A stretch of 64,000 bases of DNA, from contig CAVZYT010000005.1 of assembly GCA_963779575.1 (NCBI GenBank), positions 435,440 to 499,439 on the forward strand, given 5' to 3'. The position numbers were made by a program, and so were the translations under genes. Below, piece after piece: positions 50,916 through 60,726 of the stretch. The notes under the pieces are model-generated. The model had not been told where the DNA came from, made no database searches, and saw only the letters and a list, made by a program, of their open reading frames with translations. Within the stretch, counting starts at the first letter, position 1. Each line of letters starts with the position of its first letter. The DNA is from an uncultured Chloroflexia bacterium. Its GTDB lineage: Bacteria > Chloroflexota > Limnocylindria > Limnocylindrales > CSP1-4.

Positions 50916-51584
50916 ATGGACAAGGACCTGGTCGCCGAGTTGGTCGACGCCGCCCGGCGGGTCGTCGCCAGCGGGGCGATCTCGGCCAACGGCCACGGCA
51001 ACGTCAGCCTCCGCCTGCCGGGCGCCCAGGAGATGTACTTCACGGCCGCCCCGTCGCTGCGCGATCACCCGGCCTCGGCCGTCGTCCGCGTCGGCCTCGA
51101 TGGGACCCTGCTCGAAGGCGAGCTGCCGCCGATCCAGCGGGCGGTCGTGGCCATGCACACGGCGATGTACATCGATCACCCCGACGTCGGCTGCGTCCTC
51201 CACACCCACTCGCCGTACGCCACGGCATACGCGGTCGCGGGGCGCCCGATCGGGTGCTGGGTCGAGGCGATGGCGATGTTCGGCCTGCCGACGGGCGTGC
51301 CGGTGGCCTCGTACGGCCCGCGAGGGTCGGCTGAGGCCGTGGCCAACATCCGCGCCGCCGTCCAGCCTGGCGTCCCGGCCGTGCTGCTCGCGAACCACGG
51401 GATCCTGGTGTTCCATCGGACGCCCGACCTGGCGATCCTCGTCGGCGGCGTGGTCGAGGAGGCCGCTCAGGCCGGTATCAACGCAAGCACGATCGGCGGC
51501 GCGGTCGAGGTCCCGGAGCACCTTCGGGACGCCGCCCTGCAGCGAGCCATGACCTTCGAGCGCGAGGGAACGGCGAGCGCGTAG
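50916..51584 (+). CDS. class II aldolase/adducin family protein
   Basis: GHGNVSLRLPG..., VLHTHSPYATAYA, LLANHGILVF. Start at the internal ATG 50916 of ORF 50829-51584. Confidence 0.8.
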   Translation: MDKDLVAELVDAARRVVASGAISANGHGNVSLRLPGAQEMYFTAAPSLRDHPASAVVRVGLDGTLLEGELPPIQRAVVAMHTAMYIDHPDVGCVLHTHSPYATAYAVAGRPIGCWVEAMAMFGLPTGVPVASYGPRGSAEAVANIRAAVQPGVPAVLLANHGILVFHRTPDLAILVGGVVEEAAQAGINASTIGGAVEVPEHLRDAALQRAMTFEREGTASA

Positions 51585-51604
51585 GCCCGAGCCCAGGCGA
51601 GGGT

Positions 51605-52797
51605 CTAGCTCCGGTTCTGCTTGGCCTCGATCAGGGCGGCGTCGGCCCGCTCGGTCAGCTCGTCGACGCTCTCCATGGCGCCCGTCAGCGAGGCCAGGCC
51701 GGCCGTGATGCCGACGCCGGTCGCGTGGCGCAGCGACTGGTCGATCACGCCGATCCGGTGCTGGACGTCGCCCGGGTCGATCGACGAGATCCCGCAGATG
51801 AACTCGTCGCCGCCGAACCGCACGATCGGGTCGTAGGGCCGCAGGTTGGCCCGCATGATCGCCGCGAGCATCCGGAGCACGCGATCACCGGCCGCGTGCC
51901 CATCCCGGTCGTTGACGCCCTTGAGGCCGTCCACGTCGATGAAGGCGATGACGAACTTGCCGTCGGCGCGGCGCGCCCGCTCGATCTCGTTCCGCAGGGC
52001 GAGCCGGCCGACCTCGCGCCGGAAGGCCCCGGTCAGCGCGTCGAGGTGGGCGCGCTGGAGCTCGGCTTCCAGGCGGGCTCGCTCGAGCTCGGGATCGAGC
52101 TCCTCGGCCCCGCCCACGCCTGCAGCCTGCCGCGCGGTGCTCCCGATCAGGTCGCGCTCGACGGCAGCCTTGTCCCTGCTGTTGGCGATCGCATCGCGCT
52201 CTGCGCCGGCCTTGTCCCTCGAATTGGCGATCGCGTCGCGCTCCGCGACGAGCTTCTCCCTGGCATCCACCGCCGCCCAGGCGTTCCGCGATCAGGTGCT
52301 CCTTCGCTTCGGCCGCCGCGGCGCGCTCGCTCGCGGCCCGCTCCCGTGCATCAGCGGCAGCGACGCGTTCCGCGGCGAGCCGTTCGATCTCCTCGACTGC
52401 CTCGGCGCGATCGACGAAGGCGCGGTCGCGCGCCTCGGCGGCCGCGGCATGCTCGGCCAGTGCCTGCTCGCGCGCCTCGGTCGCGGCGGCATGTTCGGCG
52501 AGCGCCTGCTCCCGCGCCTCTGCCAGGGCGAGCAGCTCGGCCGCGGCAGCCTCCCTGGCCGCAGCGATCTCGTCCCGGGTGAGGGCGGCCCGGTACATCA
52601 GCTCCGCGATCTCGACCTGATCGGAGATGGCGGCCTCCGCGTCGGCGTCGGCGATCGTCTCCGGCCTCCGCGGTGGCCGGGAGTGATGCACTGGTCGCGT
52701 CCGGATCCGCAAGGCCGGAGCCGCGTTCAACGGTCGACGTGGCTGCCTCGGAGGCGTGCGCGGCTTCCCGCGCTTCGCGCGCCTTCCGCTTCTTCAT
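51605..52797 (-). CDS. GGDEF diguanylate cyclase with a long N-terminal 14-residue-repeat coiled coil; two frameshifts (about 52270 and 52670)
   Basis: C-terminus FIDVDGLKGVNDRDGHAAGDRVL...RFGGDEFIC (ORF 51605-52270). Repeats EAREQALAEHAAA(T/A) and RDAIANSRDKA(G/A). Probable start MKKRKAREAREAA at 52797. Confidence 0.8.
52168..52251 (-). repeat. 2 x 42-bp tandem repeat (RDAIANSRDKAGAE / RDAIANSRDKAAVE)
   Basis: Units start at 52168 and 52210; read directly. Confidence 0.8.
52432..52515 (-). repeat. 2 x 42-bp tandem repeat plus a degenerate third unit (EAREQALAEHAAAT-type)
   Basis: Units at 52432-52473 and 52474-52515, with a weaker continuation to about 52560. Confidence 0.75.
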
Positions 52798-52965
52798 CTT
52801 GCGCAGATCCACAGGGCCCCTCAATTTGGCTCGGACAAGTGCGGAGCCGCCCCGAAAGTCCCCCCGTGCGCGGCCAGTGGTACCAGTATCGCGAAGCGCC
52901 GGGCCTCGACAACCCGATTCGGTGCAGCGAAGCCACGCATTCTCGCCGCCGGCGGGGCCCCGAGA

Positions 52966-52984
52966 GCGCAGGCGTTGCCTGCGC
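52966..52984 (-). terminator. hairpin downstream of the cyclase gene
   Basis: GCGCAGGC-gtt-GCCTGCGC, perfect 8-bp stem, about 40 nt after the stop at 53021; no U tract. Confidence 0.35.
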
Positions 52985-53020
52985 GCGCCAGCGGCACCGG
53001 CCGCGCAGGCATGGCTGCCG

Positions 53021-53836
53021 CTAGACGGGCGAGTCCTCGCGTGTCGAACGACCCAGGAACCAGGTCGCCATCGACCCCTTGCCCTTGATCTCGATGGTGC
53101 CTCGCGGCTCGAGGGCGTAGCGATCGGTCAGGGTCGTCGCCAGGACATCCGATACGTGGATCCGGCCCGGCAGCGAGGCGGCCTCGAGCCGGCTGGCGAC
53201 GTTGACCGTGTCGCCCCACACGTCGTAGACGAACTTGGTCGTCCCGATCACGCCCGCGGCGACGGAGCCCCGGTTGAGGCCGATCCGCACCTGCCACGGG
53301 GCCCGGGAGGCCGGGCGAGCGGCGACGAGCTCGATCATCCGGAGGGCGGTCTCGGCGATCGCGGCGCAGTGGTCGCCGGCTCCGTCGACGAGGCCGCCGA
53401 TCGCGAGGTAGGCATCGCCGATCGTCTTGATCTTCTCGACGCCAGTCGCCGCGCAGATCGCGTCGAACCCGGAGAACAGGTCGTTGAGCTCGTCGATCAG
53501 CGCAGCTGTGGGCAGGCTGGCGGAGATCTCGGTGAACCCGACGAAGTCCGAAAACAGCACCGTGACGTCATCGTGCCGGTCGGCGATCAGCGTTTCGCCG
53601 GCGTTGAGGCGATCGATGATCCGCTGCGGGAGCACGTTGAGCAGCAGGGACTGCGATCGGGCGCGCTCAACCTCGAGGTCCTTGACCACCTGCGACAGGA
53701 GCCGCGCGTTCGAGTCCCCGAACGCCTCGAGGTGGCGGACGTTCTCCTCCAGCCGATGCAGACGTCGCTCGAGAATCCGGTTCTCGCGCTCGAGGGCTTC
53801 GACGCCGATCGCGGGCGGGGTTTCTTCGTCAGCCAC
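53021..53836 (-). CDS. class III adenylate/guanylate cyclase with an N-terminal coiled-coil signalling helix
   Basis: LERENRILERRLHRLEENVRHLE..., VTVLFSDFVGFTE, KTIGDAYLAIGG, IRIGLNRGSVAAGVIG, YDVWGDTVNVASRLE. Confidence 0.9.
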   Translation of the reverse strand: MADEETPPAIGVEALERENRILERRLHRLEENVRHLEAFGDSNARLLSQVVKDLEVERARSQSLLLNVLPQRIIDRLNAGETLIADRHDDVTVLFSDFVGFTEISASLPTAALIDELNDLFSGFDAICAATGVEKIKTIGDAYLAIGGLVDGAGDHCAAIAETALRMIELVAARPASRAPWQVRIGLNRGSVAAGVIGTTKFVYDVWGDTVNVASRLEAASLPGRIHVSDVLATTLTDRYALEPRGTIEIKGKGSMATWFLGRSTREDSPV

Positions 53837-53842
53837 CCCGGC

Positions 53843-55021
53843 TCACGCGGATCCGAGCAGGATCGAGACCAGCGTCGCGTTGTGGAACTGCGACGGGTCG
53901 CCCGCCACCATCGGCGCGATCTCGCCCAGGCAGTAGACGCCCGCGACCGGCATCGCCAGACCCAGCGCGTCACGGACCACCTCGATCTCCCGTCCGGCGC
54001 GGGTTCCCAGCAGGAAGCGGCGGGTCGCGCACGAGAAGATCAGGGCCGCCTCGGGCGTCCGGCCGGCCGGGAAGGTCCGCAGGGCATCGGCGATCGACGC
54101 CCGTGCCCCCTCGAAGATCTCGTCGGTCGCGGCGACGGTCAGCTGCACGCTCGAGCCATCGGGGATCCCACCGAAGAACGTGACGCAACCCGTGGCCTGG
54201 TCGTACGCGAGCGGGGTCCGGAGGTAGAAGCGATCCGAGCCCTGGGCATCGAACACGGCGAGGGGGTTGGCGATCGCGGGCTCCGCGGTCCCGAGGTACC
54301 GCTCGTAGAACTCGATCGCGGGCCGCCCGTCGATCTCGGTCACGCTGTCGGGCGACACGCCGGTGACGAGCGCTCTCGGGCCCACGCCGCGCCAGCCGGT
54401 GTGCACGCCATACGAGATCGCGAGCGGGCCGCAGAACAGCAGGACCGCTATGGCGTCGTCAGCGACCACGTCCCCGGTGATGAGCCGGCCCGCGCCAACG
54501 GTGCTCGTCGGGTTGGATGCCGGGTCCCTCGGAGCGGCGCCGCCACCGAGGATCGGGACATCTGGGCCGAGGGCCTCGCGAAGGGCCTCCAGGATCACGG
54601 AGGCCTCGACGGGTCCGATCGTCGACATCGCGATGCACAGGCTTGGTGGGAGGTCGGACTTTCCGCGGGCATCCTCGACGGCGCGGCGGATGGCCGCGAT
54701 GGGATCGCCGGCGAGGTCCCGGCCCATGCCCGCCACCACGTCGACAGCATCGGAGGCAAACAGGGCGAGCGCCACCGAGTCCTCGGAAAAGCCGAGGACA
54801 GACGACATTTCGCCTGCCGCCGTGGCCCCCGCGAGCTCGATCCCGGGGTATCGCCCTCGGATCCGGTCGATCTGGGCCTGGCTATCGGAGTCCCACGACG
54901 CCAGCAGCAGGCCGGCTCTGGGGGTCGCGCCCTTGAGCGCGGCGTCGCACTCCTCGAGGACGGCGTCGAGGGCGCGTTCCACGTCGATGTCGTCGCTGTG
55001 ACCCACCGCCATGCGGAACAT
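53843..55021 (-). CDS. FIST (FIST_N + FIST_C) sensory domain protein
   Basis: Intact 392-aa ORF ending 6 nt before the cyclase start. LLLASWDSDSQ..., LLFCGPLAISYGVHTGW, ALIFSCATRRFLLG, GVYCLGEIAP, typical of FIST proteins. Confidence 0.75.
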   Translation of the reverse strand: MFRMAVGHSDDIDVERALDAVLEECDAALKGATPRAGLLLASWDSDSQAQIDRIRGRYPGIELAGATAAGEMSSVLGFSEDSVALALFASDAVDVVAGMGRDLAGDPIAAIRRAVEDARGKSDLPPSLCIAMSTIGPVEASVILEALREALGPDVPILGGGAAPRDPASNPTSTVGAGRLITGDVVADDAIAVLLFCGPLAISYGVHTGWRGVGPRALVTGVSPDSVTEIDGRPAIEFYERYLGTAEPAIANPLAVFDAQGSDRFYLRTPLAYDQATGCVTFFGGIPDGSSVQLTVAATDEIFEGARASIADALRTFPAGRTPEAALIFSCATRRFLLGTRAGREIEVVRDALGLAMPVAGVYCLGEIAPMVAGDPSQFHNATLVSILLGSA

Positions 55022-55134
55022 GGACTGCTCCTCCTGCTCGGCGCAGCGTACATGGGAGGCGAGCTTGGGTCCGCGGCGGGCGTGTCGGATCGCCCGCGTG
55101 ACGAATGCTTGCGTCGCACGGCTACGATCACCGG

Positions 55135-55969
55135 ATGCGGGCGGACGAGAGGAACCCTCGGGACCGCGGCAGCTACCTGCTCGGCCATGACCCAGGCGAG
55201 TTGCGCCGGCTGGGCGCGCAGGCCCGTGTCATCGACCCGATCACACGGCACTTCCTTCTCAGCGCCGGCCTGGTTCCGGGCATGCGCGTCCTCGACGTCG
55301 GCAGTGGTGCCGGCGATGTCGCATTCCTCGCGGCGGATATCGTCGGCGAAGGCGGCAGCGTGACGGGGGTAGACCGGTCGGCCGACGCCATCGCGACCGC
55401 CAGTGCAGCCGCATCGACGCGCGGGCTGTCAAACGTCAGCTTCGTGCTCGCGGACCTCGCGGCGATCCCGGGGGCCGATCGATACGATGCGATCATCGGC
55501 CGCTACGTCCTGCAATGGCTTCGCGATCCCGCCGGCACGCTGCGCTCGCTGGCTGGGCACCTGGACCCGGACGGCATCGTCGTCTTCCATGAGATCGACT
55601 GGACAGGGTCCTCGTCGAAATCCACCGGCCCCACTCTGGGACGCCACCTGTCGCTGGCTCGCCGAGACGATCCGACGATCCGGTGCGGAGACTCGCGGCA
55701 CGAACGCGTACGGCACGTTCAAGCGCGCCGGACTGGGCGCGCCGACGATGCGGCTGGAAGCGGTCGTCGGTAGCGGAGAACACACGGAACCGATCGACCT
55801 GCTCACGAACCTCGCCCGGACTGTCGCCGAGGCCGCGGAGTCCTATGGCATCGCCACCACCCGTGAGATCGACCTCGAGACGTTGCATGAGCGGCTTCGC
55901 GTCGAAGCGGCAGCGTCCGATAGCGTCCTCGTCGCGCACACGGAGGTCGGCGCCTGGGTCCGCGCGTGA
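55135..55969 (+). CDS. class I SAM-dependent methyltransferase; one frameshift near 55605
   Basis: MRVLDVGSGAGDVAF (motif I), VTGVDRS, DAIIGRYVLQWL. The C-terminal part is in ORF 55403-55969. Confidence 0.75.
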
Positions 55970-56016
55970 CGGGCGGCCGCCGATGGGGGCGCGACCCGGG
56001 CCGCCAGGGCGTCCGG

Positions 56017-56283
56017 CTACGCTCCCGGCAGCCTTGGGTCCGGGGTGCGCTGGCCGTGAGGCGTGACGGTGGGTGGCTGGGGGCGCAGCCCGAACCGGAT
56101 CGCCTGGTTGGGCCAATCGGGGTCGGCCACTAACCAGGAACGCTTGGTCGATCCGTCCGGATCGAGGTGCTCGATCGTGCCATCGACGCCGAGCCTGAGC
56201 CTGCCGCCGTCGGGCAGCGCGAGCTCGTGTCGCCGGTATCGTCGCGCGCGTCCGTGGTCGCCCGCGTCCGTGTGCCTAGCCAT
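56017..56283 (-). CDS. hypothetical protein (88 aa)
   Basis: MARHTDAGDHGRARRYRRHELALPDGGRLRLGVDGTIEHLDPDGSTKRSWLVADPDWPNQAIRFGL. High GC3. The ATG overlaps the stop of the upstream ORF. Confidence 0.4.
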   Translation of the reverse strand: MARHTDAGDHGRARRYRRHELALPDGGRLRLGVDGTIEHLDPDGSTKRSWLVADPDWPNQAIRFGLRPQPPTVTPHGQRTPDPRLPGA

Positions 56284-56620
56284 CTGTCGCCTTGCCGTCC
56301 CGTCCGTGGCCAAGCTCCCCCCGAACCGCGGCGCCGCCGTAGACGGCAGACCAGGCCTCGACCGCACCCGCGAGCGCCGCGGAGTCCGGCCGGACCGCAA
56401 GGCGGGCATCGGTGCCACGGATCCCCGCGCCGAGCTCGGCAAGTTCGCCTCGGTAGGCGGGCTTGTCTCCGCTCGATCGGGCGACCGGCGGATAGACGTC
56501 GAAGTAGCCGTCACTGCACACAACGATGCTCGAGGCGGGCGAGGAGAAGGAGGTACGGGCCACAGGAGGGGAATCCGATCCGTCGCGCGCTTCGGACCGG
56601 CGAAGGAGAGCCCGGCGCAA
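56276..56620 (-). CDS. hypothetical protein, possibly one gene with 56017-56283
   Basis: ORF 56276-56620 (IVVCSDGYFDVYPPVARSSGDKPAYRGELAELG...). GC3 about 80%; no family recognised. Confidence 0.3.
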   Translation of the reverse strand: MRRALLRRSEARDGSDSPPVARTSFSSPASSIVVCSDGYFDVYPPVARSSGDKPAYRGELAELGAGIRGTDARLAVRPDSAALAGAVEAWSAVYGGAAVRGELGHGRDGKATDG

Positions 56621-56772
56621 TTGGCGACTGCACCACCTACCATCGGCTCTCGGCAGGATTCCGTCAAACGAGGTGGACCAGGTCGGGCGGGCGCGGACAA
56701 CAAGGTCTCTTGGTAACGGAACCGGCGTCGCGGCGCTCGGTTACGATCGGATGGCGCACAGGTGACCCGCTC

Positions 56773-58122
56773 ATGGCCCAAACACCAGAGACGAAGTACG
56801 CCTGGAACGGCGACGTGGCGCTTGCCTACCAGGTGTTCGGCGACGGACCGGTCGACCTGGTCTACCTGCAGGGCTACACGTCGCACGTCGATCTGAACTG
56901 GGAGAGCCCGGCTCTGTCACGGTTCCTTCATGGCCTTGGCCGGCTCGCCAGGGTGATTCACACCGACCGGCGAGGCTGGGGCTGCTCCGACCGATTCTCG
57001 CCTGGCGATGTCGCGCCGCTCGAGGTCCAGGCCGACGACCTCGCGGTTGTCATGGACGCCGCTGGTTCCAAGCAGGCCGTCATCTTCGCGTCGTGGGATA
57101 CGGGTCCGGCGGCGATGCTCTTTGCCGCGACCTATCCGGAACGGACAGCAGGGCTCGTCCTGTGCGACACCTTCGTCACGTACTGCGCCTCCGAGGAGAC
57201 GCCCTGGATGTACTCGGAGGAGGCCTGGGAAGCGGTTATCGACGCCGTCCGTGCGACCTGGGGCACCAAACCTTGGTTCAAGGCTCACGACCCCATTGCC
57301 GACGACCGCGAGCTGGAGTGGATCGTGCCCTGGTCGCGGGCGAGCGTCGCGCCAGGGGCCCTCATCGCGGAGACCAGGGCGTTCTATCGAGCCGACGTCC
57401 GCGGCGTCCTCCCGTCCATCTCCGTGCCGACCTTGGTGGTCGGCGCTCCCAACGACGGAATGTTTCGCATGAATGCCCGGTTCATCGCCGAGCGTATCCC
57501 GGGGTCTCGCCTGGTGGAGCCGGAATACCGCGAGGGCGCCGCCTGGTTTCACTGGTACCAGCCAGCCCCGGTCATCCTCGAGGAGATCGGGCGCATGATC
57601 GCCGGCATCCGCTCCGAGCAGGCGGAGTTCGACCGCGTCCTCGCTTCCGTGCTGTTCACCGACATCGTGGGCTCGACCGCCGTCGCCGCCCGGCTCGGCG
57701 ATCGCGGCTGGCGTGAGCTCGTGGAGCGGCACCACGCGACCGTTCGCAGCCTGCTGGCCCGGTATCGCGGGGTCGAGGTCGACACGGCCGGCGACGGCTT
57801 CTTCGCGACGTTCGACGGCCCGGCACGCGCTGCCCGGTGCGCGTTGGCGATCGTCGCGGCCATGAAGCCGCTCGGGATCGAGGTCCGGGCCGGCCTCCAC
57901 ACTGGCGAGGTCGAGACGATCGCGGGCAAGGCCGGCGGCATGGCCGTCGTCATCGGGGCGCGCGTCGGCGCCGTGGCTGGTCCCTCGGAGGTCCTCGCCT
58001 CGGGCACCGTGAGGGACCTGACGGTTGGCTCTGGGCTCGTCTTCGAGGACGCCGGCGAGCACGAACTCAAGGGCGTACCCGACCCGCGGCACCTCTACCG
58101 GGTGACCTCCACGGCCGGCTGA
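56773..58122 (+). CDS. alpha/beta-hydrolase-fold domain fused to a class III adenylate/guanylate cyclase
   Basis: N-terminus [17 protein letters not shown]...[23 protein letters not shown] (the nucleophile position reads SWDTG, not GxSxG). C-terminus [36 protein letters not shown]. Confidence 0.85.
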   Translation: MAQTPETKYAWNGDVALAYQVFGDGPVDLVYLQGYTSHVDLNWESPALSRFLHGLGRLARVIHTDRRGWGCSDRFSPGDVAPLEVQADDLAVVMDAAGSKQAVIFASWDTGPAAMLFAATYPERTAGLVLCDTFVTYCASEETPWMYSEEAWEAVIDAVRATWGTKPWFKAHDPIADDRELEWIVPWSRASVAPGALIAETRAFYRADVRGVLPSISVPTLVVGAPNDGMFRMNARFIAERIPGSRLVEPEYREGAAWFHWYQPAPVILEEIGRMIAGIRSEQAEFDRVLASVLFTDIVGSTAVAARLGDRGWRELVERHHATVRSLLARYRGVEVDTAGDGFFATFDGPARAARCALAIVAAMKPLGIEVRAGLHTGEVETIAGKAGGMAVVIGARVGAVAGPSEVLASGTVRDLTVGSGLVFEDAGEHELKGVPDPRHLYRVTSTAG

Positions 58123-58201
58123 GACCCTGGCGCGAGTGCGACGTCACCCCGCCTTGTTCGATGACGGAAGGTCGCGAACGCTCCGACGATCGAGAGGGAC
58201 T

Positions 58202-58278
<77 letters not shown>

Positions 58279-58357
58279 GCGGCGGGCGCCATCATACCGA
58301 GTCGGCCGCGACCGCCCCGAGTTGCGGTGACCCATCCGGCTGCTGCACACTCCGCCG

Positions 58358-59332
58358 GTGCCTCGTCAGCATTTCCCGACGTCGCGTCGTCGCCGCCGGA
58401 TCGGCATCGCGCAAGCGACCCTCATCGGTGCCGCCGCAGCCGTAGCCCTCGCGCTGGCCCTGCCCGCGACCACGCCGCGCGGCGATGTCCTCGACATCGT
58501 GACCGACCACGTCGGCGGCGGGACGGTCGCCGGCCAGGAGCCGTCCGCCGTCATCCCCACAGCGCAGCCACCGGCCGTCGCCACCAACAACGCGCTGAAC
58601 CCGAACGCGATCGCCGCGCGGCCAGCCGTTCTGGCCGCACCTCCCGACGTTGCCGAGCGGTTCGTCGTTCCGTGGCGCCGGTCCATCGCCGGCCCGATCG
58701 ACGAGCACGTCGTCAGGCCCCTGCTCGTGGGCGCCCCCCCGGTCGAGACGCTCACCGGCTATGTGTGGCCGATCGCGCACCCTCGGCTCACGCTCAAGTT
58801 CGGCCCGACGGCCTGGGGCTCGTTCGTGGTCGATGGCGGGCAGTTCCACGACGGCATCGACATCGCCACGTTCTGCGGCGACCGGATCTCTGCCACGCAC
58901 GACGGAACGGTCCTCGCCGCCGGCCGGCACTTCGACCGGCTGATGGGCTGGGTGGGTGACCTCGGCCGGTACTTCGCGCGCCTCAATCGGGACGGCCTGT
59001 GGCACGAGCTGCCGCTGGTGGTGGTGATCGACGACGGCAACGGCTACCGCAGCATGTACGCCCATTTCGGCAAGCTGGTGGTCAAGCGCGGGCAGACGGT
59101 CCACGCGGGTCAGCTGCTGGGCTACGAGGGCGCGACCGGCCACGCGACCGGCTGCCACCTCCACTACGGGCTGTTCTCGCCCGCCGAGACGGCCATGTAC
59201 AGGCTGCGCAAGGACATCGCGAAGCGGATGAAGCTGCCGCGCCACGAGCTCGCCCGGATCGACCCACTCGGCGTCCTGCCGCACCGCCGGGGGAACCACA
59301 TCCGCGACGGCCATCCCTCGCGCGACGGCTGA
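58358..59332 (+). CDS. M23 family metallopeptidase
   Basis: FHDGIDIA (HxxxD), YRSMYAHFGKLVVKRGQTVHAGQLLGYEGATGHATGCHLHYG (HxH). N-terminal Arg-rich signal anchor. Confidence 0.85.
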   Translation: MPRQHFPTSRRRRRIGIAQATLIGAAAAVALALALPATTPRGDVLDIVTDHVGGGTVAGQEPSAVIPTAQPPAVATNNALNPNAIAARPAVLAAPPDVAERFVVPWRRSIAGPIDEHVVRPLLVGAPPVETLTGYVWPIAHPRLTLKFGPTAWGSFVVDGGQFHDGIDIATFCGDRISATHDGTVLAAGRHFDRLMGWVGDLGRYFARLNRDGLWHELPLVVVIDDGNGYRSMYAHFGKLVVKRGQTVHAGQLLGYEGATGHATGCHLHYGLFSPAETAMYRLRKDIAKRMKLPRHELARIDPLGVLPHRRGNHIRDGHPSRDG

Positions 59333-59350
59333 CCGCGACGCCTCGGCGAC

Positions 59351-60715
59351 TCAGGCGAACAGCGGGGCCCCGAGGTGGGCGTCGCCCACCAGCGTCCCGT
59401 CGGCCCCGATCGAGGGCACGCCGGGCGGCACCGCGAACAGGCCCGAGCCCGTGTGCACGAGGTACTCGCTCAGCGCGTCCGAGCGCCCGAGGGCCTCCTG
59501 GATCGGGATGAAGCCCGTCCGCGGGTCGCGCACGAACGCGACGAAGAACAGCCCGGCGTCGAGCCGCCCGAGCGCATCGTTGCCGTCCGTGAAGTTGTAG
59601 CCGCGACGCAGCATCCGGGCGCCGCCGTGCAGCGACGGGTGGGCGAGCCGCACATGCGAGTCGGCGGCGATCAGCGGCGCGCCATCGCCTCCGTTGGCCC
59701 CGAAGTCGGGCTCCGTGAACTCCGTGCCGCCCGAGAGCGGGGCGCCCTCGGCCTTGCTGCGCCCGATGATCCGCTCCTGCTCCCGGAGCGCCGAGCGGTC
59801 CCAGGTCTCGATGACCATCCGGATCCGGCGCACGACCGCGTACGACCCGCCGGCCAGCCAGTCGACGCCCGCCGCGGACGCCGAGCCCGCGTCGCCCGGC
59901 TGGGCCCACACGTGCTGCTCGACGTCGGCGGTCTCCTCGGCCTTGACGTTGGCCGTGCCGTCCTTGAAGCCGAGCAGGTTGCGCGGGGTGACCTGGGCGG
60001 TCGAGGTGGACGACGTGCGCCCGAACCCGAGCTGTGACCAGCGCACGCGGGCCGTCCCAAAGGCCGTCCGGGTGAGGTTGCGGACGGCGTGCATGGCGAC
60101 CTGCGGGTCGTCGGCGCAGGCCTGGACGATGAGGTCGCCGTCCGAGCGGGCTGGGTCGAGGTCGTCGCCGGGGAAGTGGGGCAGCTCCACGAGGGCCGCG
60201 GGCAGGTGATCGGCGAGCCCGAACCGGTCGGCGGGAGCGCCCTTCGGGCCGACGAACAGCGACCGCCCGAACCCGATCGTGATCGTGAGGCCGGCGGTAG
60301 CCAGGTCCATGGCCTCACCGGTGTCGTCGGGCGGGGCGTCATACGGGCCGCCGACCGGGCCCAGTGGCCCGGCGGACAGCCCGGCCGTGAGTCGGGCCGA
60401 CATCGTCGTCCAGCGCCGCAGCAGCTCGATGAGCTCGGCCCGGGACGCCGTCGTGAGGTCGAACGCGGCCGTGTACATCCGGTCCTGGGCGGGCGTCACG
60501 ATCCCCGCCTGGTGCGGCCCCGCGAACGGGTAGGTCCGCGAGCCGTTGGCGTTGGCCGGGGACGGGGAGGTCGGCACGAGCGCGCCGACGTCGAGGGCGC
60601 CGACCGCGGCCAGCCCGCCGATCCCGATCGCCGCGGCCCCACCCGCCGCCACGCCGAGAAAGGTGCGCCGTGAGACGCCGCGCCGTTGCTGGGGCTGTGT
60701 CTCGGGGTCGGGCAT
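59351..60715 (-). CDS. efeB: Dyp-type peroxidase / deferrochelatase EfeB with Tat signal
   Basis: Twin-arginine VSRRTFLGVAAGG; GFKDGTANV, RRGYNFTDG, LFFVAFVRDP. Lies in the frame of ORF 59351-62881, starting at the internal ATG 60715. Confidence 0.9.
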   Translation of the reverse strand: MPDPETQPQQRRGVSRRTFLGVAAGGAAAIGIGGLAAVGALDVGALVPTSPSPANANGSRTYPFAGPHQAGIVTPAQDRMYTAAFDLTTASRAELIELLRRWTTMSARLTAGLSAGPLGPVGGPYDAPPDDTGEAMDLATAGLTITIGFGRSLFVGPKGAPADRFGLADHLPAALVELPHFPGDDLDPARSDGDLIVQACADDPQVAMHAVRNLTRTAFGTARVRWSQLGFGRTSSTSTAQVTPRNLLGFKDGTANVKAEETADVEQHVWAQPGDAGSASAAGVDWLAGGSYAVVRRIRMVIETWDRSALREQERIIGRSKAEGAPLSGGTEFTEPDFGANGGDGAPLIAADSHVRLAHPSLHGGARMLRRGYNFTDGNDALGRLDAGLFFVAFVRDPRTGFIPIQEALGRSDALSEYLVHTGSGLFAVPPGVPSIGADGTLVGDAHLGAPLFA

Positions 60716-60726
60716 TCGGCTCCCGC

